The position numbers were made by a program, and so were the translations under genes. Positions 16,330 to 25,085 of a stretch of 32,000 bases of DNA are shown here, in pieces; within the stretch, counting starts at the first letter, position 1, and each line of letters begins with the position of its first letter. The DNA is taken from the NCBI RefSeq assembly GCF_000011125.1, contig NC_000854.2, positions 1,410,001 through 1,442,000 of the forward strand, read 5' to 3'. The notes beneath the pieces were generated by a model that saw only the letters and a program-made list of their open reading frames with translations, was not told the origin of the DNA and did no database searches. This stretch comes from Aeropyrum pernix K1. GTDB lineage: Archaea > Thermoproteota > Thermoprotei_A > Sulfolobales > Acidilobaceae.

Positions 16330-17241
16330 TCAGCCTTTCAGTCCGCCGCTGTACGCCTCGAGGAGGAGCCTCTGTGTCAGGACGAAGAACACTATCGTGG
16401 GGAGGAGGTAGAATGTGCCGGCCGCCGCGATTATTGTTAGCTGGTAGTTCTCCGCGGCCGCCACTATCTCCTCTATAAAGGTCGGCAGGCTGTCTATGCC
16501 GAATGGTTTGAGGAAGACGTAGAAGTAGATGAACTCCTCCCATCCCGCTAGGAACGTGAATATGAGGACGGCCGCTATGCCCGGTTTTACCAGGGGGACT
16601 AGTATGCTCCACCACACCCTAACCCTGCTTGCCCCGTCAACGAGGGCGCTCCACTCGAGCTCCCAGGGTATCTTGTCGAAGAACCCTTTGAAGAGCCAGA
16701 TCGCCATGGGCACCTCGAGGGCGGCCCTGGCCAGTATTATGTAGGCTATGGCGTAGAACTCCTCCCCCAGGACGCCGAGGACGTCGCCTATTATCCTGAA
16801 TATCATGTACACGCCTATGATCAGGGCTACCCCCGGGAAGGCGTGGAGCATTATGAGGCCCGCCGTAAACACGCCTCTGCCCTTGAACTCCATCCTGGAT
16901 ATACTGTAGGCCGCTAGTAGTGACACTAGGGTTGCTGTGAGGGCGACGCCGACGGCGACTGTGAGTGTCACGAGGGTCATCTCGACTACGTTCCTCTCGA
17001 GGCCTCCGGTGGCGTAGGTTATCTGGCCCCTGAGGAACATTATCCAGTTATCGAGGGTCGGCTGGAAGTCGGTTAGCAGAGGGTCGGTCACCATATTCGT
17101 GCTGAAGCTGCTCAGTATGAGGAGCCCGTACGTCAGTATTATTGGGCTGCCGGCTAGTAGTAGTGCCAGGGCTATGACTATCTTAAGCCTCCTAGAGATG
17201 CTTCCGCTTACAACCTCCTCCAAGGGGTTCCCGCTCATCAT
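16330..17241 (-). CDS. ABC transporter permease (carbohydrate type, MalG-like)
   Basis: Multi-TM protein with the EAA-loop region EWSALVDGASRVRVWWSILVPLVKPG. It overlaps the upstream permease gene by 4 nt. Confidence 0.9.
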   Translation of the reverse strand: MMSGNPLEEVVSGSISRRLKIVIALALLLAGSPIILTYGLLILSSFSTNMVTDPLLTDFQPTLDNWIMFLRGQITYATGGLERNVVEMTLVTLTVAVGVALTATLVSLLAAYSISRMEFKGRGVFTAGLIMLHAFPGVALIIGVYMIFRIIGDVLGVLGEEFYAIAYIILARAALEVPMAIWLFKGFFDKIPWELEWSALVDGASRVRVWWSILVPLVKPGIAAVLIFTFLAGWEEFIYFYVFLKPFGIDSLPTFIEEIVAAAENYQLTIIAAAGTFYLLPTIVFFVLTQRLLLEAYSGGLKG

Positions 17242-18182
17242 ATGTCACCCCTGGGCCTGGTTATCATCCTCTGGAACCCGAGTATCCTAAGTGTTACTAG
17301 GCCGAGGATGGCGCCTATCACAACCAGCACGGTAGCGGCGGCAGCGGCAAGACCCTGCCTGAGCTCTCCCACCGGTAGGAAGGCTAGGTTGAACACTAGG
17401 AGGCTCCAAGTCTGACCCCAGGTCCTGTCTACAACGCCCCACTCGTAGAGGAGGAATATGTGGGTGTAGGTTGTCAGGAGGCTCAGCATCTGCCAGACGG
17501 TCACGAAGAGGAGGTGCCACCTTATCATCGGGACTATTATCCTCCTAATTATCACCAGGTTCGAGGCGCCGTCAACCCTGGCCGCCGCTATATACTCCCA
17601 TGGTATGCTCCTTATGGCGCTGTAGAACACGATCATTCCGAAGCTAACACCCACTAGGCCGTTGACGAAGATGAGTATCCACCAGGTTCCTAGGGGGAGC
17701 ATGTAGCTACCCCAGTTTATCGGCTTATCTATAACCCCGGCTAGGAGGAGTATCCTGTTTAGTGTTCCTATCGCGTCGCTGTGGAAGAAGTAATACCAAA
17801 GGAGGCTGTAGACGGCTACAGGCGTCATACGCGGAAGCAGCCAGAGGAGTCTGTAGTGGATTGAGATCCTCTCCTCGAGGAAGAACGTTAGGATGGCGAG
17901 GGTGAGCCCGCCAAGAACGTTAACTACTAGTGTGACGGCAACGAAGACCACTGTGGTTATAAGGGCGTTCCTAAACATGGGATCGTACTTAGCGAAGTGG
18001 ACGAGAACCTTGTAGTTGTACAGGCCCACTATGTCGAAGAGATAGGCGTCAACGTTCCAGTTCCTCATGTTAGTGAAGCTTGTATAGACGGTGAGTAGCA
18101 GGGGGAGGAAGAAGAACGTGATAACTATAAGCAGTGCGGGGCCCAGGAAAAAAGCCAGTGTGAAGAGTCTATCCAGCCTCAA
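17238..18182 (-). CDS. ABC transporter permease (carbohydrate type, MalF-like)
   Basis: Multi-TM protein with the EAA-loop region AAARVDGASNLVIIRRIIVPMI. Confidence 0.9.
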   Translation of the reverse strand: MRLDRLFTLAFFLGPALLIVITFFFLPLLLTVYTSFTNMRNWNVDAYLFDIVGLYNYKVLVHFAKYDPMFRNALITTVVFVAVTLVVNVLGGLTLAILTFFLEERISIHYRLLWLLPRMTPVAVYSLLWYYFFHSDAIGTLNRILLLAGVIDKPINWGSYMLPLGTWWILIFVNGLVGVSFGMIVFYSAIRSIPWEYIAAARVDGASNLVIIRRIIVPMIRWHLLFVTVWQMLSLLTTYTHIFLLYEWGVVDRTWGQTWSLLVFNLAFLPVGELRQGLAAAAATVLVVIGAILGLVTLRILGFQRMITRPRGDI

Positions 18183-18197
18183 CCCCCTCTATACCCC

Positions 18198-19949
18198 CTA
18201 GGGGCTTATCTGCCATCCTGAAGGTATGCTGCCGACGATCTCTATAGTCTCGGCGAGCTCGGGGTCGGCCCTTATCTTCTGGACTACATAGTTGGTAGCC
18301 TCCTCGGGAGTCATCTGTCCCTTCAGCACGAAGTCGACAGCGTCCTTAAAGAACTCTGCAAGCGGCTGGTACGAGGGGTGTAGCGGCGGTATGTGCGTAT
18401 ACTCCAGCATGTAGGTCACATTCTTAAGGAACTCTATGTTAATCGGGTGGGCCGTCTTCTTTGCTATCTCCACGAACGCCTCCCTGGCCTCGTCAGACAC
18501 GAACATGTCCAGGTTGCCCTGAGCTAGCTTGCCTACGAACTCCTGGTCGTCCATCAGCAGGGCCGCCTTCTCCCTGATCGGAATGTGGGCGCTCACAATG
18601 CTGTGTATCGCCACGAGGTCGGGATCGTTGGCCTTAAGAATCAGGAGGAATGCTATCCTATGGTAGGCCTCCTTCAGATCGTCATACTTCGGGTTCAGCT
18701 TCCCGGCGTTTGCGCTTATCATCCAGACGAAGGGCTGGCTCAATGTAACCGGGCTCTTACCCGGCTCTCCCGCGGGGAAGAGGCTGTAGGCGAATCTCTC
18801 CTTCACCTCCTCCGGCGTTAGACCCCTCTGCTCCCCCGTCTGCGGGTCCGTGTAGTACTTCTTAGTCTGCCACTCGGTCCAGTACCAGGTGCCGCCTATG
18901 TCGAAGGCGGTTTTAGCAGAGACTATGGTGGGGTGTATCTGCTTGGCCCAGTCCCACTCCAGCATGTTCTCGGGGGTGAGACCATTCCTGGCGAGTGCAT
19001 ACTCTACGGCGAGCCACTTGTAAAGGGCCTCAAGGTTGAGGTACAGCTTGTCGGGGTCGCTGCCGGTGAACTCGCCTCCGAATGCATAGTAGAACTGCAC
19101 TAGATCGGGGTGTGCACTGCCCTTCCTGTGTATAACACCCCACTCGGAGCAGCCCTTATCGACTGCCTCCTTGGCAATCCTCATCACATCCTTCCAAGTG
19201 TACTCGCCAGAGTCTATCTTCGCCGCAATATCCCACGCGTCGTAGCCGAGGCACTCCATGACGGGCTTCAGTATATACAGGGGCCTTGCCTCTGTGTCCT
19301 GGGGGAGGGCGTAAATCCTCCCCTTGTAGGTCACGCTGCTCCACAGGCTATCGTAGTAGTCCTCCAGCTCGCTGCCCATATAGGCGTTAGCGTAGTCCGT
19401 TATGTCAAGGAGGTATCCCTCCTTGGCGAACGTTGATATCCACCTGTAGCTAACGGCGATTATGTCTGCCTCCTGCTTTAGGGGGAAGCTCTGCTGGAAG
19501 ACCTTCGCAGGCTCGTCTGCGTTGGCCGAGAACTTTATATCCTCGATAACTATCTTGAAGTTGACGCCCTCCTCTTCCAGTATCTTGTTAAGCCTCGCGG
19601 CAGCTTCCACTATACCGTAAACCCTCATGATACTGTTTGGATCGCCAGAACCGTGCACCCTATACTTGGCTTCCGTGACGCCGTTGGCAGAGAGGTACCG
19701 GGCTATGTTGACTATATCCTCGCGCACATTCCCGGTTAAAGGTTTAAGCTCGACCATCTGGGCTTCGGTTTTAGTGGCGGGAGTTGTCTCTGCAGCAGTC
19801 TCCGTCTCTGTTTCAACAGTCTCTGGGGCTTGCCTCGTCGCAATGTATAGGGCCGCGGCAATTATGGCTATGAGGATGACGGCCGCCGCTATGTAAATAG
19901 TAGTCCTGTTAGTCTGGAACCCCATCCCGATATCCCCCCCGCCCTTCAT
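18198..19949 (-). CDS. extracellular solute-binding protein of the sugar ABC system, membrane anchored
   Basis: N-terminal TM segment (IYIAAAVILIAIIAAALYIA) followed by a Thr/Glu-rich linker (ETVETETETAAETTPATKTE) and a large W/Y-rich soluble domain. It is the first gene of an operon with the two permeases. Confidence 0.75.
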   Translation of the reverse strand: MKGGGDIGMGFQTNRTTIYIAAAVILIAIIAAALYIATRQAPETVETETETAAETTPATKTEAQMVELKPLTGNVREDIVNIARYLSANGVTEAKYRVHGSGDPNSIMRVYGIVEAAARLNKILEEEGVNFKIVIEDIKFSANADEPAKVFQQSFPLKQEADIIAVSYRWISTFAKEGYLLDITDYANAYMGSELEDYYDSLWSSVTYKGRIYALPQDTEARPLYILKPVMECLGYDAWDIAAKIDSGEYTWKDVMRIAKEAVDKGCSEWGVIHRKGSAHPDLVQFYYAFGGEFTGSDPDKLYLNLEALYKWLAVEYALARNGLTPENMLEWDWAKQIHPTIVSAKTAFDIGGTWYWTEWQTKKYYTDPQTGEQRGLTPEEVKERFAYSLFPAGEPGKSPVTLSQPFVWMISANAGKLNPKYDDLKEAYHRIAFLLILKANDPDLVAIHSIVSAHIPIREKAALLMDDQEFVGKLAQGNLDMFVSDEAREAFVEIAKKTAHPINIEFLKNVTYMLEYTHIPPLHPSYQPLAEFFKDAVDFVLKGQMTPEEATNYVVQKIRADPELAETIEIVGSIPSGWQISP

Positions 19950-20204
19950 GTATAATCTATTATAATTAGTTATAGGGGCAGAGATATTAAAGCTCCCCTT
20001 ACCTAAATTAATATTGAATATAAAATCAAGGAAAACATGAAATCTATTAAATAGTGTGTGAAGAAACTAGAAATTCTATTAAGACTTAATGATAAAAATT
20101 GTTTAAGAGTATCTCCCAAGCTTTGTGTATGATATAAGCGAGGTAAGGATAAAACGATCCTCAGGAGCATAATTGTTAAACGGTAGAGTTAGAGCGGATG
20201 CGAA

Positions 20205-20285
20205 GCTATGTATGATGACACGGGGCTTCCTCGACGCCTCCCGCAGACGGGTGGTGTATGAAGAAAGGTAGAGACGCTGACTCAG
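20205..20285 (+). ncRNA. candidate C/D-box sRNA (weak)
   Basis: C box ATGATGA (20212..20218), 12-nt spacer, TCGA (20231..20234, degenerate D'), TGAAGA (20259..20264, degenerate C'), 12-nt spacer, D box CTGA (20277..20280). The D'-C' gap is 24 nt, longer than usual. No terminal stem seen. Confidence 0.2.
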
Positions 20286-20397
20286 AAATAATCCATAAAT
20301 TTTCTGGCAGCAGTAGCTTCTAAAGCTTCTAACTTGCAAGGAACTCCTAACAGAGATTACCCCGGATATCTGCGACATCCTCATAGTTTAGAGCTTC

Positions 20398-21366
20398 TCA
20401 CGCTGTTCGGATACAGTCTTCAGGGAAGGCTAGTCTTCTGATATATTCGGCTAGGTATCTAGCCCTTGCTGGCTCTAGCCTATAGGAGTTGTCCGGGAGT
20501 CTGGAGGCTAGGCCCATAGCCTCTGCTATATATATTATCCAGGCATAGCCTGGGAGGTCCTCCGGTGATATTTTACTCTTTGAAGCGAGTGCTTCCACGG
20601 CATCTTCCAGGAGATGCTGGTCTACCTGGGGTGAGAGCCTTATTATGGGGATGAATACTGGCTTCCTCGCGGCTTCATGTATATAGTAGGCGGCGGATGC
20701 TCCTGCCAGGGAGCCGGCTAGGAGTAGGGCTCCCGATTCCGGCTTGAAGCCGCCAGTTAGGTTCAGCAAAACAACGTTACCTCTACCAATCCTAACCTTT
20801 ATGTCGCAGTAAGCCTCACGCACGAGGTTTGATAGCCCTTCGAAGAGCCTATCAAAAACACCTAGACCGGTTACCTGTTTTGAATACGTTTTTACATGGC
20901 ACAACCTTTCTAGAAAACCTTTTACGATCTCTGCCGAAACTCTGCCAGCATGAGTATCGGTGTGGTAGAGGATTGCCTCGTCAAGCATGGTAACACTACA
21001 ATCTTTAGTGCTCTGACTTATGAAATACTTCATCGCATTGAGTTCTGCGGAGTAGGCGAAGGGAGCGTAGCTTACAAGGGTCTCGACAACCTTCCATGCC
21101 TCGCTTCCTCGAGACAGCCTCCTACCACACTCTACATCATCCATCCTGCCAGGATCTATGCAGGGTTTAAGAGTCTCTAGAACATCTTTCAATACCGTGG
21201 GCTCTAGGCTCCTAACCGGTATGGAGCATGTGTTTTCTTTAAAGCATTTTGAAACTACTGTGTATGCGTTTCTGAGGACGCTTGTTCCTACTGAAATCAG
21301 GTGAGTGTAACCGCCCAAAGCAGCTGCCACCCCCACTTTCCTAATCGTTTTTGGCCTATTCTCCAA
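20398..21366 (-). CDS. CARF-domain protein, Cas_APE2256 family (possible Crn1-type ring nuclease or cOA-sensing regulator)
   Basis: THLISVGTSVLRN (21280..21294 encodes SVGTS), SAELNAMKYF, LNLTGGFKPES (TGGFK at 20743..20757) and AAYYIHE are the CARF/APE2256 signature blocks. The C-terminal ~70 aa could be a winged-helix-like domain. TTG start; an internal GTG is also possible. Confidence 0.85.
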   Translation of the reverse strand: MENRPKTIRKVGVAAALGGYTHLISVGTSVLRNAYTVVSKCFKENTCSIPVRSLEPTVLKDVLETLKPCIDPGRMDDVECGRRLSRGSEAWKVVETLVSYAPFAYSAELNAMKYFISQSTKDCSVTMLDEAILYHTDTHAGRVSAEIVKGFLERLCHVKTYSKQVTGLGVFDRLFEGLSNLVREAYCDIKVRIGRGNVVLLNLTGGFKPESGALLLAGSLAGASAAYYIHEAARKPVFIPIIRLSPQVDQHLLEDAVEALASKSKISPEDLPGYAWIIYIAEAMGLASRLPDNSYRLEPARARYLAEYIRRLAFPEDCIRTA

Positions 21367-21483
21367 GCCTAAACTATAGTAGTTGAGATATTTTGTAACG
21401 CAAGGCTAACGTTTTCACAATAGTCTTTAGGAACCTTGTAAGATATAAATATTTGAAGAGTTTTATCTAAAGTAAATAGTGCA

Positions 21484-21491
21484 TTATATAA
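21484..21491 (+). promoter_or_regulatory. TATA box (TTATATAA) for the peptide ABC operon
   Basis: It lies 19-26 nt upstream of ATG 21510, which fits a leaderless crenarchaeal mRNA. It sits in the divergent AT-rich region shared with the CARF gene. Confidence 0.5.
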
Positions 21492-21509
21492 GGCGGGGTT
21501 GATCATGAT

Positions 21510-23057
21510 ATGGCTTTAGCCAATACACGCGTTATCCTCGCCGCAATAATAGTTATCCTCGTCATCGCCGCCGGGTTTTACATATTGTTCTCCAGACAGC
21601 AGGCGGCAAACGTTATAGTGATAGGTACGACGGACGATGTGACGGAGCTCGATCCTGCCACTAGCTACGACTTCTTCACGTGGGAAGTTCTGAGCAACGT
21701 TATGGCGGGGCTAGTCACCTACGATCAGCAGGGCAACATTGTCCCCTACCTCGCCGAACGCTGGGAGTCCCAGGAGGGGGGGAAAGTATGGATATTCTAC
21801 CTGAGGCAGGACGCGAAATTCCCCGACGGTACGCCGTGTGATGCCGATGTAGTTGTCAGGAGTATAAAGAGGGTGATGACGATACAGGGGGACCCAAGCT
21901 GGCTTGTCACAGAGTTCGTGGAGAACGTTGAGGCCCTGGACCAGTGGACTGTCAAGTTCACACTAAAACAGCCCACAGGCTACTTCCTAGCTGTCGTGGC
22001 GACACCGCCCTACTACCCCGTCCACCCCAACTATCCTGAGGACCAGCCAGCGCCCGACGCTACATGGGGCGGCTGCGGTCCATACATGATAGACGAGTTC
22101 GTGAGGGATCAGTACCTCAGGCTAAAGCCGAATCCCAACTTCTTCGGCGAGGAGCCTAAGAATGACGGTGTGATAATAAGGTTCTACGAGGGCAGCGAGG
22201 ACCTCAGGAGCGCTCTAGAAGCTGGCGAGATAGACGTAGCCTGGAGAACCCTAAACCCCAGCGACCTTGAGGACCTCAGGAGTAAGGGGTACAATATTAA
22301 GGAAGTCCCGGGGCTTTTCATAAGGTATCTAGTGTTGAGGGTCTCACAGCCGCCGCTGGACAACGTGGCCGTAAGGCAGGCACTCGCAGCCGCCATAGAC
22401 AGACAGGACATAGTTGACAGGGTGTTCAGGGGCACTATGGAGCCGCTGTACAGTATGGTCCCCTCCGGTATGTGGGGCCACTACCCGGCATTCAAAGAGA
22501 AGTATGGAGAGGGCCCCAACATAGATCTCGCCCGGCAGCTCCTATCCCAGGCCGGGTACAGCGAGTCTAACAAGCTCCAGGTGGAACTCTGGTACACTCC
22601 CGAGCACTACGGAGACACTGAAGCCGCTCTCGCAGCAGTTATAAAGGAGCAGTGGGAGGCGACGGGCATGATAAGCGTGGAAATAAAGAGCAGCGAGTGG
22701 GGAACCTACGTAGACCAGCTCAGCAGCGGCCAGATGATGATAAGCCTCCTAGGCTGGTACCCCGACTATCTCGACCCGGACAACTTCCTAACACCCTTCC
22801 TGCTAAGCACGGCTAACTCGTGGACGGGAACAGGCTACGCCAACCCGCAGGTTGACGATCTTCTGAGGAAGGCTATGACTTCTTCTGACATGAACGAGAG
22901 GGCCCAGCTCTATAAGCAAGTCCAAGAGATACTGGCAGAGGAAGCACCCTTCATACCGCTGGTACAGGGCAAACTCTTTGTTGTAACGTCAACCGAAGTA
23001 ACGAGCATAGAGGTAAGCCCACTCCAGTTCCTGATATACTCAAGCATATCAAAATGA
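21510..23057 (+). CDS. ABC peptide/oligopeptide-type substrate-binding protein (family 5, DppA/OppA-like)
   Basis: N-terminal TM anchor. ERWESQEGGKVWIFYLRQDAKFPDGTPCDADVV is the typical family-5 block. WYPDYLDPDNF lies near the C-terminus. Confidence 0.9.
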   Translation: MALANTRVILAAIIVILVIAAGFYILFSRQQAANVIVIGTTDDVTELDPATSYDFFTWEVLSNVMAGLVTYDQQGNIVPYLAERWESQEGGKVWIFYLRQDAKFPDGTPCDADVVVRSIKRVMTIQGDPSWLVTEFVENVEALDQWTVKFTLKQPTGYFLAVVATPPYYPVHPNYPEDQPAPDATWGGCGPYMIDEFVRDQYLRLKPNPNFFGEEPKNDGVIIRFYEGSEDLRSALEAGEIDVAWRTLNPSDLEDLRSKGYNIKEVPGLFIRYLVLRVSQPPLDNVAVRQALAAAIDRQDIVDRVFRGTMEPLYSMVPSGMWGHYPAFKEKYGEGPNIDLARQLLSQAGYSESNKLQVELWYTPEHYGDTEAALAAVIKEQWEATGMISVEIKSSEWGTYVDQLSSGQMMISLLGWYPDYLDPDNFLTPFLLSTANSWTGTGYANPQVDDLLRKAMTSSDMNERAQLYKQVQEILAEEAPFIPLVQGKLFVVTSTEVTSIEVSPLQFLIYSSISK

Positions 23058-23183
23058 GTCTTACCCGATAACCCCTAAATCCTCCACAAAGCCTTTTTCC
23101 CTCACGCCGGCAGACTAGGCGGCAAACTTTTCCCCTCGCCCTCACCTTACCGGTATGTAGGCGGATGCGCGAAAGAATGGGGA

Positions 23184-24203
23184 GTGTGCCGGGTCTTGAG
23201 TTTGCTCCGCTACGCGGTCACCAGGGCTCTGGCTATAGTGCCTACAGTTCTAATCCTGTACACGGTAGTGTTCATAGTTTTGAGAGTAATACCCGGCGAC
23301 CCTGTAACTGCTGCGCTCGGGACCCGGAGCATACCGCCGGAGGAGCTAGAGGCCATTAGAGAGAGGCTAGGGCTCGACCAGCCTCTCTGGAGGCAGTACA
23401 TCGACTATCTTCTGGGCGTCATGAGGGGTGATTTCGGGGAGAGTATGACTCTCTACGGCAGGCCTGTCGCCAGGGATATCATGGAGAGGTTCCCCGCCAC
23501 TCTCGAGCTCACGATATTCGGGTTTATAGTGAGTGTCGTCCTGGGTGTGGGTAGTGGTGTGGTCGCCGCGTTTCGAGGCGGGCTCGTGGATAGGCTGCTG
23601 AGGACCTCGAGCATAGTAGCCTACACCCTCTTCATACCTTGGCTGGGGCTTATGCTGAAGTACGTTTTCAGCATAAAACTGGGAATACTCCCTACTGGGG
23701 GTAGGATAGACCCTAGGGTTAACCTTGACGTCGTGACTGGTCTCTACGTTCTGGATTCTATAATAACCGCCAACCCGGCCGCCCTGGTGAGTGCTGTTGA
23801 ACACCTTATACTACCCTCTCTAACACTGGGTATAGTCTTGAGCGGCGTCTACACGAGGCTAGTGAGGATACACGTTGCCGAGGCGCTCAGGAGCGAGGTG
23901 GCAGTAGCCTACAGGGCCCGGGGGCTCAGGGAGTCTAGGATAGCTGTGCACATGCTCAGGATAAGCCTCATACCAACGATAACTATGATGGGCCTCCAAT
24001 TCGCTATACTCCTGGGAGGGGCGGTTCTAACTGAGGCTACCTTCAGCTGGCCAGGCCTGGGGAGCCTTCTGGTGGAGAGGATATCCTATAGGGACTACAG
24101 CACCATACAGGGGGTTACAGTATTCTTCGCGTTCATGGTAGGCCTGGTGAGCCTTATCGTCGACATCATCTACGCTATAGTCAACCCCAGGGTTAGGTAC
24201 TAA
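23184..24203 (+). CDS. ABC peptide transporter permease (DppB-like)
   Basis: N-terminal LRYAVTRALAIVPTVLILYTVVFIVLRVIPGDP is typical of DppB/OppB. Multi-TM protein. Confidence 0.9.
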   Translation: MCRVLSLLRYAVTRALAIVPTVLILYTVVFIVLRVIPGDPVTAALGTRSIPPEELEAIRERLGLDQPLWRQYIDYLLGVMRGDFGESMTLYGRPVARDIMERFPATLELTIFGFIVSVVLGVGSGVVAAFRGGLVDRLLRTSSIVAYTLFIPWLGLMLKYVFSIKLGILPTGGRIDPRVNLDVVTGLYVLDSIITANPAALVSAVEHLILPSLTLGIVLSGVYTRLVRIHVAEALRSEVAVAYRARGLRESRIAVHMLRISLIPTITMMGLQFAILLGGAVLTEATFSWPGLGSLLVERISYRDYSTIQGVTVFFAFMVGLVSLIVDIIYAIVNPRVRY

Positions 24204-24217
24204 AGGTCAGGGGGTGG

Positions 24218-25066
24218 TTGCCAGTGCTTCCTGTTAGAAGCCTCCTCGCCGGACCTGGCTCGGGCTTCATAGCAGCGGGACTAGCTATAGTGGCGTTCTA
24301 CCTTGTTGTAGCCTTAGCGGCACCATACATAGCCCCCTATAGTCCCCACAGCAAGGTTAGTGACGTGCCGGAGCATCCATCACCCCCCTCTCTGAAGCAT
24401 CCTTTCGGCACCAACGAGATAGGCTACGACATGTTCTCTAGGGTCGTTCTAGGCACCAGGATAGTTTTGAAGGTGGTCCTACTCTCGAGCGTTATGGGGC
24501 TGGCCGTCGGCGTGCCCCTAGGCCTGGTAAGCGGGTATTTTGGAGGACCTGTAGACAGAGTTTTAAGCGTCGTCATGGACAGCCTATACGCCTTCCCCGG
24601 GATAGTGCTCGCCATAGCCATAGCCAGCGTGCTCGGGCCTAGTGTGCTGAACGCGGCCATAGCCCTGATGGTGGTTTACGTTCCAGCCTACTTCAGGATG
24701 ACTAGGGCCCGCGTTATCGAGATCAAAACACAGGATTACATAGTGGCTCTAAGGGTGCTAGGGGCCCCCCACTCGAGGATAATGTTCCGCCACGTGCTCC
24801 CGGGTGTCATGCCCACGGTCCTCGTCGTCTACGGCCTGGCCAGTGCAGACGCTATACTCACTGAGGCGGGGCTGAGCTTCTTCGGCCTGGTGGTCACCTA
24901 CCCAGCCCCCGACTGGGGGCTAGACATAAGCTATGGGATAAAGCAGTTTCTCTCCGGTAGCTGGTGGCTAACACTGTTCCCGGGACTCGCGATACTAACC
25001 CTAGCACTAGGCTTCGCAATGATTGGAGAGGGCCTCGCAGAGAGGTTCAGAGCAAGGGCTGTCTAG
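24218..25066 (+). CDS. ABC peptide transporter permease (DppC-like)
   Basis: HPFGTNEIGYDMFSRVVLGTR is the DppC/OppC N-terminal block. Multi-TM protein. Confidence 0.9.
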   Translation: MPVLPVRSLLAGPGSGFIAAGLAIVAFYLVVALAAPYIAPYSPHSKVSDVPEHPSPPSLKHPFGTNEIGYDMFSRVVLGTRIVLKVVLLSSVMGLAVGVPLGLVSGYFGGPVDRVLSVVMDSLYAFPGIVLAIAIASVLGPSVLNAAIALMVVYVPAYFRMTRARVIEIKTQDYIVALRVLGAPHSRIMFRHVLPGVMPTVLVVYGLASADAILTEAGLSFFGLVVTYPAPDWGLDISYGIKQFLSGSWWLTLFPGLAILTLALGFAMIGEGLAERFRARAV

Positions 25067-25085
25067 CACGGGGGTGTGCTGCTGT

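Noticed and set aside
16310-17520. ORFs 16310..16615, 16529..16744, 17099..17290 and 17287..17520 within the sugar permease genes.
   Set aside because: They are out of frame or antisense to genes with clear ABC permease EAA loops, and their translations are low-complexity.
20103-20384. 93-aa ORF immediately downstream of the CARF gene, considered as a possible small CARF-linked effector.
   Set aside because: It has Ser/Arg/Leu-rich, Cys-pair-containing composition in a very AT-rich stretch. It looks like random translation, and no motif is recognisable. I kept the locus only as a possible ncRNA locus.
25023-25085. N-terminal extension of the first ATPase (the listed start TTG 25023 gives MERASQRGSEQGLSSTGVCCC).
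   Set aside because: It overlaps the end of the preceding permease gene and is not ABC-like. ATG 25086 gives the canonical MAVLDIQDLKV start (GTG 25074 remains possible).
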